A stretch of DNA of 64,000 bases from Planctomycetota bacterium (GTDB lineage: Bacteria; Planctomycetota; UBA1135; UBA2386). Positions 58,702-64,000 of this stretch are shown here, piece after piece (the first letter of the stretch is position 1; every line of letters starts with the position of its first letter). The position numbers were made by a program, and so were the translations under genes. The notes below the pieces were generated by a model. It was given only the letters and a program-made list of their open reading frames with translations, ran no database searches and had not been told where the DNA came from. Location: the NCBI GenBank assembly GCA_046290465.1, contig JBKAGP010000001.1:1952001-2016000 (forward strand), in the 5' to 3' direction.

Positions 58702-58923
58702 CGGCGGTTGCTGATCCTAGCGGAATCCGGGACGCCCGGGAACGTCGGCGGGGACGGAATGCGACCTGCTTCGGACGGAGTCGAGGGACCAGGTATTCCC
58801 GCGCGGGCCGGGTTTCGGTCACCGGGACAGCCGCAGGGTGCCTTCGACGAACGCGATACAAAACCCAGAACGCCTCGCGCGAGGCGAGGCGTCCGGAGAG
58901 TCTCAGAGGCGTGCTGCCTTACG

Positions 58924-58987
58924 AGGCACAGTGCCTATCAGGCACAGTGCTTATCAGGCACTGTGCTTATCAGGCACTGTGCTTACC
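58924..58987. repeat. 16-bp palindromic tandem repeat (AGGCACWGTGCYTAYC x4)
   Basis: Units start at 58924, 58940, 58956 and 58972; the last one overlaps the rpsG stop codon. Confidence 0.93.
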
Positions 58988-59456
58988 AAGCAAAGTGGCT
59001 GTAAGCGCTGTTCGCCTCGGCCATCTTGTGCACGTTCTCCTTCTTGGTGACCGCGGCGCCCTGGTTGTTGTAGGCGTCGAACAGTTCCTCGGCGAGGCAC
59101 TTGGCCATCGGCTTGCCGCGCTTGCTGCGGGCGGCGTCGACCATCCAGCGGATGGCGAGGCTCTGCTGACGGCGCTTGTTGACTTCGCGCGGGACCTGGT
59201 AGGTCGCACCACCGACGCGCTTCGAACGGACCTCGACGCGCGGCTTGATGTTCTCGATCGCCTTGGTGAAGACCTCGACCGGCTCGGCTCCTTCGACCTT
59301 GGCACAGACGATGTCGACCGCGTCGTAGAACAGCGTCTGCGCGGTGGTCTTCTTCCCGTCGAGCATGATCTTGTTGATGATCTTGCTGGCGAGCTTGTTG
59401 TTGTAGCGAGGATCGCCCTTCAGGTAGACCTCGGTGGACTTGTAGGAACGCGGCAT
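58983..59456 (-). CDS. rpsG: 30S ribosomal protein S7
   Basis: DGKK, P.VEVRSKRVGGATYQVP and HKMAEAN motifs. Confidence 0.98.
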   Translation of the reverse strand: MPRSYKSTEVYLKGDPRYNNKLASKIINKIMLDGKKTTAQTLFYDAVDIVCAKVEGAEPVEVFTKAIENIKPRVEVRSKRVGGATYQVPREVNKRRQQSLAIRWMVDAARSKRGKPMAKCLAEELFDAYNNQGAAVTKKENVHKMAEANSAYSHFAW

Positions 59457-59487
59457 TTCGGTTCTCGAGTTGGTCGGTTAGGCGGGC

Positions 59488-59865
59488 TTACTTGCTCTTC
59501 GGACGCTTGGCGCCGTACTTGCTGCGACCACGGCGGCGCGATTCGACGCCGGACGCGTCGAGGCAGCCACGCAGGACGTGGTAGCGAACACCCGGGAGGT
59601 CACGGACGCGGCCACCGCGGATCAGCACGATCGAGTGCTCCTGCAGGTTGTGGCCCTCACCCCCGATGTAGACCGTCGTCTCCTTGCCGTTGCTGAGGCG
59701 CACGCGGGCGATCTTGCGAAGCGCCGAGTTCGGCTTCTTCGGCGTCATCGTCTTCACCTGGAGACAGACGCCGCGCTTGTGCGGGCAGCGGTCGAGGATC
59801 GGCGACTTGCTCTTCTCCTTGATGACCTTGCGGCCCTTGCGGATGAGTTGGTTGATCGTGGGCAT
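59488..59865 (-). CDS. rpsL: 30S ribosomal protein S12
   Basis: [28 protein letters not shown] and DLPGVRY motifs. Confidence 0.99.
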   Translation of the reverse strand: MPTINQLIRKGRKVIKEKSKSPILDRCPHKRGVCLQVKTMTPKKPNSALRKIARVRLSNGKETTVYIGGEGHNLQEHSIVLIRGGRVRDLPGVRYHVLRGCLDASGVESRRRGRSKYGAKRPKSK

Positions 59866-60054
59866 TACAGTGGGATCGACAGTCCGTTGGCGGGTGCGCC
59901 GAAGGAGGGCGGACCCGGTGTCGACCGGCGGACCGGTCGGGAATGAGGGCGGGACAAGATACGGAAAGAGGTGGCGAAAGCAAGTCCGCCGAGGGCCCCG
60001 AACGCAGAACGCGTCGGGCCCCCATCGGGGCGCCGGGCACGGCCCGGCACCGTT

Positions 60055-64000
<3,946 letters not shown>

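Overview
This is very GC-rich bacterial DNA with genes almost all on the minus strand. The DUF2950-type pilin and the RpsL 'RVRDLPG' variant suggest Planctomycetota (inference). About 40 CDSs can be supported. The right end is core genome: partial rpoC, rpsL, rpsG (not followed by fusA), a PDZ/GspC-like protein, coaX, a short MnmE-like GTPase and an unusual PyrB fusion. The most striking content is a family of seven large paralogous secreted lipoproteins (about 630-1320 aa) in two clusters, 8.3-18.0 kb and 40.0-53.9 kb. They have Ig-like N-terminal modules, glycine-rich cores (in four of them) and a shared C-terminal beta motif. Between the clusters lie a type IV pilus locus (pilT, pilB, pilC, TPR protein, pilin, pilD), an OmpA-like lipoprotein, EF-G2 and a glycosylation cassette (GT2, GT4, TMTC-like GT-C); a second GT-C lies in the left operon. 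I infer a possibly undescribed glycosylated cell-surface assembly. Three intergenic repeat arrays lie just behind stop codons. I found no tRNA, rRNA, CRISPR array or mobile element. All product names come from motif recognition by eye; no database search was run.
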